Assembly (NCBI RefSeq): GCF_018977255.1
Contig: NW_024704742.1
Span: 41,170,001-41,230,000 of the forward strand
Direction: 5' to 3'
Source: Callorhinchus milii
Taxonomy: Eukaryota
Length of the DNA: 60,000 nt
The position numbers were made by a program, and so were the translations under genes. Of this stretch, positions 14,030 through 27,407 are shown piece by piece; position 1 is the stretch's first letter, and each line of letters begins with the position of its first letter. The notes under the pieces are model-generated. The model worked only from the letters and a program-made list of their open reading frames with translations. It searched no databases and had not been told where the DNA came from.

Positions 14030-14525
14030 ACCACCACCATTGTATTCACATGCCATCTTTCACATCAGACAAACATCCCAAGGCACTATTTGCATACGAG
14101 CTGGGAGTTTGATTCAAGAGGGGTGGAGGGTAAGAGGGTGGAGGGTGACTGAAAGCACAGTCAAAGAGGAAAGTGTTGAGACGGTCCTTGAAAGGAGGCA
14201 AGGGAAGGGGCGTGGTGGAGGGATCTTGGGATGGAGTTCCAGAGGGTGGGGGCAGAAAATCCGAAGACCCGACCGCCAATGGTGGGACAGGCAGGGTACA
14301 TGAAGCAGGCCAGTGCCTGCCAAGCAGAAGGAGCAAATAAATTGATATGGTGTTAATAGGCCGCGAAAGTAGGGAGGAGCAAACCGTGGAGAGCTTTAAA
14401 AGTGAGAACGAGGATTTTAAGCTTGATCCAGTGGAACAGGTCGAAGATCAGTGTGATCACTTCACAGAGCTTTGTATGGGAGAGGATAGCATTCTGAATA
14501 ATCTCCAGCTTGTGGAGGGAAGAGT
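14030..14525 (-). mobile_element. Degraded L2 3' fragment
   Basis: FKDRLNTFLFD remnant and L2-like tail. Confidence 0.7.
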
Positions 14526-16730
14526 TATAATAATAATCCTTGTTTTTGATATAACATCTTCATGTCGTTGAGACGTTTCAAAGTGCTTCACAGAATATAC
14601 TGTAAAGTGAATTGACTGTATATTTTGTTGTTGTTGTCCTGCCCAACTGATCGCTAAGGTCATCACAAAGTTTAATTCCGCAGTCTTGACCAGAAAATCA
14701 GCCTCTGGTAACTTATTGCTCCAAGAAAAACAATTAGAACATGGAAACCTGAAGTTGCTTGACCTCCTAGTGCAGTGCTCAGTCAAGAGATGAGCTGACA
14801 TGCAGGCTGAAAAAAAATCAGCTTTAGATCAGGTTGAATGATTACAGTCTAATATTGGAGTGAATATGCCACTGCCAGAGGGTGATTGACAACCTGGCAG
14901 GGACAGTCCGTGCCATCTTGATGTTTGATGCACTTCATTGCTGCTCCATTATCAGAATGAAGTACTGTATCACTAACTGAGCTATCACCACAGCTCTGAA
15001 GTGCGACACTTCAGGTTCACTGTAAACAATTCCAAAACATAGATGTAAAACGTCAACTTTGCTCACACACCACCAGTATGAGGCAAGCCTCTAAATCAGT
15101 GCTCCTCTTATTCCACTTTACAAGGCTACAATGTTGGCCGTGTTCTCTGAAGGGACACAGCAGGGTTTGTCCCTCTGGAGAGAGAGTGTGCATTTCATTC
15201 CAGACATGGGAATTTCCATAAGTAGATGGAATTCAATGAAATCTCAATTTGGTTTGGATACATTTAAGTATGGTGCTGAGTTTCTGCACCTGTGAGACAC
15301 CCAGCTGAACAAAAAAAGGCCGTAATATTTTGATATGCTGATGGATTTCCTCAGGAGGGGAAGTCAGCAGATAAGTTACCTCTTAGGATCTACGTTGAGA
15401 GGAGCAAAGGCTCAATAAGGAGATCACTCACTGACCCCAATAGAGCTGAGGAGTTGCAAATGGAATGTGAAGACCTATAAACTTGTATAAACAGTAAATG
15501 CTGATACTGTATTGTGCTCCAAAATCCTCGCTGAAATGCTTAGATTTTCTGATAAGTAACTCTAACTCTTAGTTAGTTCAACACAGAAACTAGCAGTCCA
15601 ATCACCATAGCTTTACCCCAAACCCCAACTCCTCTGATGAAGTCAAGCACGTGGTTAATACAATGCACCACGGTCCTCAACTATACATATATAGGTAATG
15701 AATCCGTACAAGTACCACTTCTCAAACACACTATTACGGACTTGTCTCCATTCGTCAGGACAATTTTAACTTTGGCAATAAGAATGTATCATTCACCTCT
15801 TGCTTCTTGGCAGTGGAAACTCAGACCACAAAATTCAGTAAGTTTACCGACAAGCAGATGAGACATCCACCCTTTCATGCTAGGTGGATGTCTCAAAGCG
15901 CTTCACAGGATTTACTATAATTTGTAGTGACTGTATTTTATAATGTTCCACAAACAGCCGTAAAGTGAGTGACCAATTTTGTCTGGGGGATTGTTGGCCA
16001 GGACACTGGGAGAAACTCCCTCTCTTTTCGAATAGTGCCTTGGGATTTTTAACATCGGTCCACCTGAGGTTGAGCTTCCATTCATCCATTCCTCTTAAAA
16101 AAGATGACAACTGTTAAAATACAGGGTGACCAAAATGTTGTGATATCTACCTTAAAAAGAAAAGGTGGAAAATGAATCCCTTCATACTCATTAGAAGTTA
16201 CCATTGAGCTTTTCTTTGCTGGCTATAAGAGTCCTGTGTAAAATGAGTGCATATTCAACCCATATTCCCACAAGGGGGAATAGGTCCACAACACAAAACT
16301 GCCGTCAAATTGGCACAAAATTGATCTTCTCACTCAGAGAGGTCACAAAACTGGCTGCTGTGAAAACAGAAAAAGTCAAGATGGGCGCAAACGGGGACTG
16401 CTCTACTGAGATTGGGGCAGGGCAGAATGGAGCTGCACTCTACATCTGGCTGCATTCTACCTGACCTAGGAAGCTGACACTATGTGATAGGAATGCAAGG
16501 ATGTTTCATTCCCCAGGACTGGTAACTCTGACCTTGGTAAGCACAAGACAGACCAAAAGTATCACAATGAGGAACATCAGAATGAGGAAGAGCAGAACTG
16601 AGGCAGAAGAGAGCTTTTTTGGTGAATTCTCACTTTTTGGAAGCACACTGAATTGAAATCAGCGATATTATGAATTATGCATTAGGTTTCAAATGCTGCT
16701 AAACTCTACCCAATCAAGATATTCTTTTTT

Positions 16731-17335
16731 ACAACAACAACAAAATTACATTTGTATAGGACCTTTTATGTCGGGAGGACGTCCCAAGGTGTTGGCCAAA
16801 TCAGTTTGAGATCCGAGCTGGGGATCTGGATTGGGGAGGGCGGAGGGCAGGGGCAGAAGAAAGGTGATTGGAAGCAGGGTCGAAAACAAAAGTCTTGAGA
16901 TGGGTCTTGAAGGAGGCAAGGAAGGGGGCGAGGGGATGGACTGCGGGATGGAGTTCCAGAGGGTGGGGGCAGAGTGGCAGAATGCCCACCCGCTGATGAT
17001 GGGGCAGGCGAGGCAGGGACGTGAAGCAGGCCGGAGCCCGCTGAGCAGAGGGAACGGGCAGGGTCGTAGGGGTTTAGGAGGTTACAAAGGTAGAGGGGAG
17101 CAAGGCCATGGAGGGCTTTGAAGGGGAGGACCAGGATCTTGAACCGTATCCTCTGTGTGACGGGAAGCAAGTGGAGTTGGGCAAGGATGGGGGTGATAGG
17201 GTCGTGGAGCCTAGTGCGGGAGAGGACACCGGCTTCAGGATTCTGGATGGTCTGCAGCCTGTGGAGGGAGTAGTTGGGGAGGTTGACAAGCAAGGAATTT
17301 GCATAGTCAAGCCTCGATGTAATGAATACGTGTTC
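16731..17335 (-). mobile_element. L2 LINE 3' fragment
   Basis: ITSRLDYAN...RFKIL in ORF 16766-17344; tail present. Confidence 0.88.
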
Positions 17336-18469
17336 TAATCTCATAGGCCTTCCCAGAAGATGAATTCAAATAGTATTCCCACTAGGATCATACAATTCTT
17401 TGAAATCTTCAGAAAAATCAAAGTGACTATTTTATATGGGTATTAGTATTTGGAATTGCATGTACGGATCGGATAAGCCACAATTTCTTGTGACGCACAA
17501 CAGATAAACAGAAGTCACCAATGTGGGAGCTAAGGAGATGAAGAAAAGAAATGCTTTTCTTCACCTCAGCCACATCGCTTACCTCTTCGCTAATCAAACA
17601 ATAATATATGTAGGTTCAATCTCCCCAATGGGACTTTGAGCTCCTACTCTAGGTAGAAACTCCACCGCAATACTGGAGAGTGTTGCATGGATGCTGTGCT
17701 TCAGATGAAATGTTAAATCGAGGTTCCATCTGCCTGTTCAGGTGGTTGTTAATGATCCCTTGACATTTTTCAAGAAGACAAGGGAGTTTCTCCTAGTGTC
17801 CTGACCGATAATTCTTCAGATAAATTGGGCATTCACTTTGTGGCTGTTTCTGGACATTGTTGTGCACAAATTAGCTGCCGTATTATGTCAAATACAAGAT
17901 TATTTATGATAACATAATTTGAGGGGAGAAATTCCATCTGGATCTAGATTTACTGTATTCATGTAATATTTCAGATTGTGCAGATTTTTTGTAATCTCTT
18001 ACAACCCTTCTTCCCTGGAAACTCCCTGAAATCTGCCAATCACAGCCTGTTCCATACCCCCTTCCTGTTCCACCCCATCGTTGGCAGGCACTTTACCTCT
18101 TCCATTTGGAACCCTCTCCCACAATTCCTCTGCCTCAATTATTTGCTTTCAGATCCTACCTGAAAATCTACCTCAGTGACTGCCTTTTGATCAGAGGATA
18201 ATTGTTGACATTTTATTTTTCAGTGCGAGCAGTCTGCTTTACATGTGGGAGTCAATCAGTCAAGGACAAAAACTGGAAGGGAATCCAGGAAGGAATGCAA
18301 CACCACATGTAAGGGCTGCAATACGGAAGGTTGTACAATGCAGTCAGAAAATGAAATATGAAGGAAGATAATTATGGTCTGATCTGCCAAGGATCAGCTA
18401 TTCATGTCCAGTTATTCACGTTGCATGGTTTACCACAAAAGAAGATGCTTTATTATTTTTGCCCCTCAC

Positions 18470-18735
18470 CATACCTGGGCAAGAGATTCAGAATGCAACC
18501 TACATCCAGATGGACCACTAAAGATTTTTTTCCAGTCCTGCACATTCCTATGTTCCCATGAGTTGTATAAAAGCAGCTTGGAGTGAGTTTCCATCCATTT
18601 TATTTTCTCTCCAGTGTATCCTCTCGGGAAGAAACTGACCTCTGATAATGTTGACACAAGATCCTCTTCTCTTCCCGACAAGCTTTCAGGCACTCTGCAC
18701 ACAGTGGAGCAGTAGAGAGTAGACACTGGACTCAT
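18470..18735 (-). CDS. Possible alternative first coding exon inside intron 3 (MSPVSTLYC...SESLAQV(W))
   Basis: 88 open codons in non-repeat DNA ending at ATG|gtgagg in phase 2, the phase required to join the downstream RHTPY exon. No recognisable homology. Confidence 0.3.
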
Positions 18736-20111
18736 TTAACAAACAACTCGATGATATACTGGAAAGCAGGATGGCTATTTTGGAAGGAATATCGTACTAT
18801 AGCAACAACTCTATCATCTCGGATTCAGATTTCTTTCTTACTCATTCAACAGTTTTGTGTAGCGAGAGAGAATTGCATCCTGTAAAGCACTTTGAGACGT
18901 TTTGACAAAGTGATACGGTGCTTTATTAAACACAAGGATTATTATAATTTTTTTAGCAATTTTTTTTCAAAGCCAGTTGACTAGGAAATTAAAATGTTTA
19001 AAGTTAATTGTATCATTGTTGTCACAATATTGGTTCAGGTAGCGACAGCCCTTGAACTCATTTGACCATATTCTAACAGCATACTCCAACTACCATCTTC
19101 CTGTAACAGCAAGATCTTTCTTAAATTAATTTGCATCCTGGCCTCTGATACTCTTCCTAGTAAACGTTTAAATTTTTTAAATGTTCTCTTTGTGAAGACA
19201 TACTTCCTGGTGTCTGTCTTGAAATTGGCCAGACACCAGGAAGGACATTCTTACTGGAGAAATTATATTTTTCAGTGCGAGCAGTCTGCTTTACATATGG
19301 GAGTCAGTCAGTCAGTTAAGGGTAAAAACTAGAAGGGAATGCATTGACAGCTGTAAGCCATCATTAAAAGATTTTCAGAAAACTATGAAATGCATTGTCC
19401 TTCATCCTGCACTTGGTCATGAGACAAATTTGTTCCTGTTTTCTTTTCACAAAACATCTCCTTAAAACTCCGAGCTAAACTTGGCTAAATGTGCTGCAGA
19501 ACCAGCTGTCTTCCAACAAATGATGATCAAAACATTGACTCTCCATTCCCTTCTCTTCCTCCCCCACTCTCCCTTATGTCAAGTTTATATCCCCAGGGCT
19601 GCCTGACATGTGTTCGCTTCTTCGCAAGGGTTTTAGCTGTTCTCAGCATTGGCCACTGGGTGGAACACTTCACTCCATCCTTGATCATTTAAACAAGGGT
19701 ATTGGGAACAATAGTCTATGGTTACTGTCCTGAGGGAAAAAACGTGAAGGCAAGAGGTTCCAAACAAACCCTGGAATATAATAACTTGCACCACCTCAGC
19801 CAAATGGGACAACATTTTCTAACATTCATCAACAGCATGGAACACCAAAATAGGATTACAATATCTCCTTCATTGAAGTTTTGCTCTTGTTTGAATAGGG
19901 TTCAGGAATTAACAAATATTACTATACTTATACAGCAATGAATCAATAATGGCATTCAGTCAATCTCATTCAAGAAGGAAAGGCCAGTTCAATGGGATAG
20001 CAATGCTACATACTCACAAATATACGCGTATAAACCTAAGCGTATAGATTTAATCAGAGAGCATTATGCACAAGATAAAATGTTCATAGTAAGTAGATGA
20101 CTGCACCTTAC

Positions 20112-20150
20112 CCCATATCTGGTTCTGTGAAGGATGATGGATATGCAGGA
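20112..20150 (-). CDS. LDB1-like: LDB-family coding exon equivalent to LDB1 exon 3: PAYPSSFTEPDM(G)
   Basis: Acceptor tttttctcattgtcattcag|T and donor ATGGG|gtaagg; 39 nt, phase 2-2, in frame with the preceding exon. Aligns to LDB1 PTPMYPPTYLEPGIG (P..YP....EP..G). Confidence 0.85.
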
Positions 20151-21099
20151 CTGAATGACAATGAGAAAAACACATAATTACAAACATATGCAATAAATAA
20201 CCCAGCTAACAATGCATAAAACATGAACAGCTTTGTATTTTGAAACTATAAAATCCCATTGGTACTAGCAGCATTGTGGAGAAAAATCACCAAATTCATT
20301 TTATTTTAGATACATTTCTATGTTTGTGCATGGTTTTGACTTACTCCGATGGTAGCTTTGGGATGCTACCCTGGGTGAGGGACCTATATAAATGCAAGTT
20401 GTTGTTACTCCACAGTTCAACATTTCCAGCTTTAAGGTCAAACCATTCTTCAGCATTAGATCTAAGATTTTAAATGTGATGCTGCAGCGAGTAAACTAAA
20501 GGTAAAATCGATTAAAAACAAATAACCTCGGTAGCCAAACCTTAAAGCAAAGGTTTATATGGGACAAGGTCAGGCGACACACAGGGAGTTTATTGTGCTG
20601 ACATAGTTTTTCCATACCCAGAGCGGCTTAAGCAACTAAGAAAAGTTACAGACTATTGGTAAATCAGTTGTAGAATACACAACTTTGCAAAATGAAATCA
20701 AATCAAAACAATCTTGTGTGTCTTGGTCTAAACACAGATTAGAATATGGCCCAGGCATTAAATGCCATCAGAAATTCATTTTCAAAATCGCTGGTACCCA
20801 AATGTACAGATTATTATTATTCAAGTAATGGCAGTGGAGGCTGGAGAATGCATCTAAATATCAGACAGCTTTGCTCCCAGCCTTTTCCCAATTCCGTTCA
20901 TATTATTTGGGCAGCGTAAATTGTAAACCATATATTTTAAATTGTTTTGATGCGCCCAAATGTCTTGTCATCACACTGCCTCGAGCAATGACATCTGGCA
21001 TGACTCAGCACATCACTGGACGCACTTGCTCCTGCACTGGACTTTTCAATTATGAGTCAGATCTCCCATAAATGCTGAGGCAACAGGACATCTGACTGC

Positions 21100-21450
21100 A
21101 AATAATAATAATAATGATAATAATAATCCTTGCATTTGATATATAGCCCTTTAACCTTGTTGAGAAGTTTCAAAGCGCTTCACAGAATATACAGTAGAGT
21201 GAATTGACTGTATATTTTGTGGGAAATGCAGCAGCCAATTGTGCAAAGTAGTGTCCCACAAACAGTCGTGGATTTGGGTGAACAAATTATTATTATTTTT
21301 TAGGGATTATTACCCCTGGAAAACAATCTGCTAATAGACTAACAACCGGCGCATTACTGCTAGGTAAACAGACGTGTGAAGTAACGAAACTTGCCTCAGG
21401 TTTTGCCCTGCCAGGGAATCAAACCTGGGTCCTCTTACTTGCAAGACTCC
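21100..21450 (-). mobile_element. tRNA-derived SINE, long older variant
   Basis: Similarity to the 43820-44182 copy, including the (TAA)n end. Confidence 0.8.
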
Positions 21451-21881
21451 AAACAGGGTTCTTCCAAATTTGCAGGCTTGCCTCAGGAGAGAAGCTGGTC
21501 ACGTAAAAGCAGCACAGGAAAATTGCAATGGGCTGCATTCACTGAGCAACCTTCAATTAAACCTTCATTCTAGCAACTTCAAAACATTAGCACTGAACCT
21601 TTCTTTAAGGTGGTTAGAACCATTTTCAGAGCAGCCCTTCTGATTTATTTTAGGACAGAACTGTGGGCTTGGCCCTTTGTCTGAACCTAGATAAAGAGTT
21701 GCCCACAAAGCATTAACCTGTCTTTCCCCTGCAGAAGCTGGTTGACTAACTTCTTGTTGCAGCTTTTATTTTGGGCTTGCAATATTTTTACTTTATGTCT
21801 GCAAAGCAAATTTAAATGACTTGCTTCAAGCCAAAGCACAAACAAGCATCAAACTAGGGTTTGTGAAAACATTACACTTAC

Positions 21882-21990
21882 CCCATGTCTCGATCCAACA
21901 TAGTATTGGAGTTGAATGGGAAGGGAATCGGGAAGGTCGGTTGAAATTCTTGTGGTGAGTACAGTTTGGAAGGTTTCAATGGGTAATAGC
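21882..21990 (-). CDS. LDB1-like: LDB-family coding exon equivalent to LDB1 exon 2: (G)YYPLKPSKLYSPQEFQPTFPIPFPFNSNTMLDRDM(G)
   Basis: Acceptor ttcttttattgcttttccag|GC and donor ATGGG|gtaagt; 109 nt, phase 1 to phase 2 as in LDB1 exon 2. Contains the KLYSP and MLDRD motifs; MLDRD is the start of the short LDB1 isoform. Confidence 0.85.
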
Positions 21991-22944
21991 CTGGAAAAGC
22001 AATAAAAGAATGACAATTTCAATCCATTTATAAACCTGAATGCCCGTCATGCCTACACCAAATGCTGCTGTTTCATGCAATCCACGGGCCTGTGCATCCA
22101 CTTCATGCCCCAAGCCTTTTCTCCAAGGGAGCGAATACAACAGAACCCGGCTGGCTTTAAGAGAAACTGAACTTACTGTAAACCTGTCCAATGAAAGCAA
22201 TGTCACACTGGCCTGAAAGGCACAATGAATGTACATCAAAAATGACGGTTTGAAATAAATCATCCTTGCTACACTGATGGGAGTATAAGCCTCCTTTTAA
22301 GATGTAATATCATAACTGGACCGTTCTCTTTTGTAAGAGAAATAAATGTATGTATCTGACGCTTCAAATAGGTGAATATTAAGCGACTGAATTATTTTCT
22401 TCTATGATTCAATGTGAGTTCTCACCATAGGTCAAAAGGGCAATGATTGCTATGATGATTGGGTGGAGGACTGAAAAGAAATCTTTGATTGCTTAAATTT
22501 CATGGCTCAGCTCACAATGGGGTGGGGGTGGGGGGGGGGGGGAGAAGGGGAGCTGGATCCTCAATGGGAATTCAGTTCTATCCGTTCTCAAGACAGAAAT
22601 GAGCTGAAATCAACTTGTGCTGAACCTGTGCTGTGCAGATAAACGCACAGACGTCTCCACACTAACAATAATAATACAGTAATTGGGAAATATTCTACTC
22701 TTTTTTGTCCAGGGGCTCTAACGTTTCTAGCAAGTGGCTAATTTGGGGGTGGAGGAGCGAGGGTTAGAGATGGTTCTCGAATTAATGGTAATAAGGCAGG
22801 CAAATGATATTTCACTTACAACCCCTAAAGCAGACCTGCTGTAAACTCTACACTACTAAATATTCACAGTTAATTCAAATTCGCTAAAGAAATGGAAACA
22901 TAAAAATGATTGCCTGCAGTAGTACATTTAATATTTCATAAGGT

Positions 22945-24445
22945 TATTAGGAACATAGGAACAGAAGTAGGCCATTCATCTCCTTGAGCTTGTTCCACCA
23001 ATCAAAAAAGATCATGGCTGATCTGTACCTCAACTCCAATTACCCACCCTTGCCCCATATCCCTTGATAATCTTACCTAACAAGTATCTATCCATTTCAG
23101 TCTTGATAATTTGAATGGATCCAGCATCCACAGCCTTTTGGGGGAAAGTTCCAGATTTCCACTATCCTTTGGTTGAAAAACTGCCTCCTGCTTTCACTCC
23201 TAAATGGCCTAGCTCTAATTTTAAGATTATGACCCCCTTATTCTGGATTCCCCACCAGAGGAAATAGTTTATCTTTATCTACCCTATTGGATCCCTTTAT
23301 TATTTTAAAAACCTCAATTAGATCACCCATCAACCTCCTCAAATCAAGAGAATAGAGACCAAGTTTATGCAACCTGTCCTCATAGTTCAACCCTTTAAGC
23401 CCTGGTATAATTCTGGTGAATCTGTGCTGCATCCCCTCCAGAGCCAATATATCCTTTCTGAGGTGTGGTGCCTAAAACTGAACACAGTACTCTAGATGGA
23501 GTCTGACCAAGGCCTATAAAGTTGAAGCATCATTTCCTCTTCTTTATATTGCAACCCCTTGTGATAAACGCCAACATCCCATCAGCCTTTTCGATAACTT
23601 TTTGCACCTGTGAGTTTGTTTTTAGTGATTTGTGTACGTGGACACCCAAACCCTTTGCTCCTCCACAGTTCTTAGCTTTGAAAATATTAGAAATATGCTG
23701 TTTTGGTATTTTGGGATCCATAGTGGATGTCAACACACTTCCCCACATTGAATTCCATCTTCCAAAGTTTTGCCCACTCACTTAATCTAAGTCCCTTTGT
23801 AACATCCTGCTCCCATCTACACAGTTTACTGTGCCTCCTAACTTTGTGCCATCTGCAGATTTTAATATAAAACTCTTTATTCCTTCATCCAAGTCATTTA
23901 TATCATAGAATCATAGAATGTTACAGCACAGAAGGAAGCCATTCGGCCCATTGTGTCTGTGGCAGCTCTTTGAAAAGAGAATTCAATCCCACTCCCCCAC
24001 TCTCTCCCCATACCCTGCAAACTTGTCCTCCCCAAATAATTATCCATATATATGGTGAAAAGCTGAGGCCCTAGTACAGAGACACCTGGGGCCACCACTT
24101 ATCACGTCCCATCAATCAGAGAACCTTCCTTTTATCCCTACTCTCTGTTTCCTGCTTCCCAATCAATTACCAAGCAATGTTACCTCTGAATCCATCCGCT
24201 TTCATTTTTGCTAATAACCTCTTGTGTGGAACCTTATCAAATGCCTTCTGAAAGTCCATGTAGATGACATCCATAGACACTCTTGTCCACCATGTTAGTG
24301 ACCTCCTCAAAAAATTCAATTAGATTCATCAGACATGACCTACACTTAATAAATCCATGCTGACTCTCTTTGATGAGCTCATACTTGTCCAAATGCTCAG
24401 TCACTCTGACCCTGATGAGAGATTTACCCACTAATCCATCATGCT
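22945..24445 (-). mobile_element. CR1 LINE 3' part (RT), with a short second CR1-type 3' tail inserted at ~23900-24045
   Basis: QHGFIKCRSCLMNLIEFFEEV, SVLGPQLFTIY, YEDRLHKLGLYSL...GDLIEVFKI; CR1 3' UTR at ~22950; (atcataga) tail at ~23902. Confidence 0.88.
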
Positions 24446-25770
24446 TTCTATGCAGTTGTATCCAGCTAAGGTAGAGGTACTGGCTGTGTGTAGTCAAGGA
24501 ACAATGAATGGAAAATTTGTAAAAGCAGGAATTTATTACTAGATGTTTGAGCAAAGCTCAAAAGTAATGGGATAAACATTGAAGAGCCACGATAGAAGAT
24601 CAACTCATGTACATAAAAGAAGCAGTACACTTTACAGTAAATCCTGTGAAACATTTTGAGGCATCATGCCATTGAGAAAGGCGCTGCATCAAATGCAACA
24701 ATTATTATTATAAAAAGGTACAACAACAATTTACATTTATTTAGTGCACTTCACACGTGGTAGAGTCTTGCAGCTCCAGAAGGGTAAGGGGAAAGTGAAA
24801 GGAATTAGATAGCTCCTCCAGAGAAGCGAGACTACGATGAGCCAAATGGCTTTTTTCTATGTTACAACATGTGATTGAATTCAATGAAACATTACAATCA
24901 TAGGATTATCTCAATATACTACAATATTGTGGACAATCAATACAGAAGGTATTCCCTTCGGCAGTTTAACGGGGAACATGTTTTCTCAGAGGCTGTAAAT
25001 GCTGTTAGGTAATAAAATTAGCAGAATGTGGCTGGAGATTGGGAAGAATACAGAAGGCCTATGCTGATTTTTAACACTCCTATCAGTGTACTGAGGTAGT
25101 TATGGAATATGGGATTGCATCTCATTACCTGCACTCCAAAATGCTATCCAGAGTGAAAAGCAATTTATGAATGCAAGTTGTTGTTGTTATTTATCAAGGC
25201 ACATTTGGGAGGCTGGTTTGAGGGTGGCTCGGGAGGTGAGAGAGAATAAATTCAGGGTGTCTCAAATATTGTGCTATTCCTAAAGACAGTTAAAAAAAAT
25301 TCTCACAGCATCATTTGGGCAACGCAATTCACGCAGCGGCTGAAATAAATGTTAAACACTGCAGTGGTCTCTAGTGGCAGAAGCTAGGTAGCACAAGCTT
25401 CTTATCAAACATTTTCCCCCTGCTTTTTCTTCCACTCTGACTAAGTACCTTTCTTCCTCATCTTCCCTGCCAAGAAAACACCTAAATCAAATCATAATTA
25501 AATTCTCAGCTCCGAACAACAGGAAAATATCTTTTAAATGAAATGAACTGAAATCAGATGCAAAATATATCACAGCTCCCTTTTTAGCTGCACTTCACAC
25601 TTTGCAAATCATTCCAGTAACAAAATGCAGCTATAGATGTAAGTGCGATTTCAACTAGGATTTTCTTTTCTTATCTTTTCAATCAACATTCCTGCAAGAA
25701 AATCATCTGAAACACACTCAGATCTCAAGTGCTTCTGTGTGATGAAGGTGCATGCCTCCCAGAAGCTCAC

Positions 25771-25791
25771 CAGATAGTGAATACAGGAACC
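25771..25791 (-). CDS. Candidate 21-nt symmetric microexon, (G)FLYSLS(G)
   Basis: tactgcatttgcag|GGTTCCTGTATTCACTATCTG|gtgagc; phase 1-1, frame-preserving and stop-free between the putative first coding exon and exon 2. Confidence 0.35.
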
Positions 25792-27407
25792 CTGCAAATG
25801 CAGTACTGAATATATAAACACACATAGCAGCATATATATTCCACTTGTCATTCAAGATCAAAAGGAAAACATGACATAGAGGTGAAGCATTTCAAGTGCT
25901 TCAGAGGACAACAGAAGTGGAATGCAGCTCATACTGGAGGAGAATTACTTGGAAGCTGAGCATGTGAGTGTAACACAGCACCAAAGAGTTATCTCAACAA
26001 CACAACAACCTGAATTTAATAGCGCCCTTCATGCAGGTAGCATCTCAGAGCGCTTTACAGCGGCGTGGTTTTGATGCCAACAATAATAATGCCTGAGTAG
26101 TTTGTTTAATAATAATAATAATCCTTGCATTTGATATAGCGCCTTAAAGTGCTTCACAGAATATCCTGTAAAGTGAATTATCTGAATATTTTTGTCAATT
26201 TAATTTTGTACATAAAATTTAATTATATGTGTAAAATTTTATTTTATATTTCAAAAATATCCAAGTTGCAAAGAGAGGGGAGATGAGGCCACGGTCAAAG
26301 AGGAAAGTCTACAGGGGGATTGCAAGCCGTGCTATAAGGGGTCAAGACAGAGAGATTGAGGCAGGGAGTTCCAGAAATTCATGGTACAGTGGCTGAAAGC
26401 ACGACCACCAATGGTGGAGTGGAGAGGACAAGGGACGTGCAGAAAACCCGAGATCTCAGTCTGTTATTTTCATAGTAGTATTTTACCTGTATTTTACCTT
26501 GGCGTTTAATGTCTCCAACACCGAAAGGCCCTCAGAGGAACTGTGCAATCAGATCATAAATCAGCACATACTTTCTTTGAAAAGAAATGACAAATTGTTT
26601 TCAGTTCTCCAGCAAAGTGAAAACACTGCCATCTTTCTCACAGTGAGGACAGACACCGAGCAGCAGATATCCACCATGAGATTATTAAAATCCTTGCATT
26701 TGATATAGCGCCTTATCACGTCTTCGCGACATCTCAAAGCGCTTCACAGAATATACTGTAAAGTGAATTGACTGTATATTTTGTTTATAAAGGTATGAAA
26801 AACTCATTAATTACCATTAAGAAAATGTGAAGCATTTTGCCACAATCTTCAGAGAGATATGGACTGACTACCAGTTGTGTTTATTTTCCTTTTTTCTGCC
26901 TGGTCTTGGATCTTTGCAAAATTACCCGCTCACCATGGTTTTGAGCTCCAATACCTTCTCAAAGATTTTTCTTCCTCTCGATGTGGTTGGCACAGATATT
27001 GTCATTTTTTTAAAGTTACTTTCCGTTTTCTAATTTTCTCCCTAATAGCAGTCACTTTGCTCCTGGTTCCTAGCCTCTTCATGCTAAGGTGCAATTCCAT
27101 GAGCACTATAGTACTCCACCAAAATCACCATTCTTCACCTGATAGCCTTGGCGGTGAGTGTCTGCAGGACACTGTGGAGAGCATCACAGTCAAGCCTGAC
27201 CTCTCCTCACCCAACAGACACATGTACCCACCCTATCAGTGGAGGGACCAGGAGCAGGAACTCTGGTTGGGATTCCCCTCCTTAACCCCTGGGAGGGCTG
27301 GAACCAATCTATCCTCCCGCTACAACACAAGTTGAGACCAGCATACTCAGCAGGGACCAGAATTCAAACCAGTGAGCTCCTGGTTAATAATCATTTTTTT
27401 AAAGTTT

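Noticed and set aside
1..20100. Search for the next LDB exon (RHTPY...YRI.E.NKRLQ..TE)
   Set aside because: Candidate donors at ~6260, 12797, 15380, 15797 and 17582 do not translate to this motif. The exon probably lies outside the window, though a manual scan could miss it.
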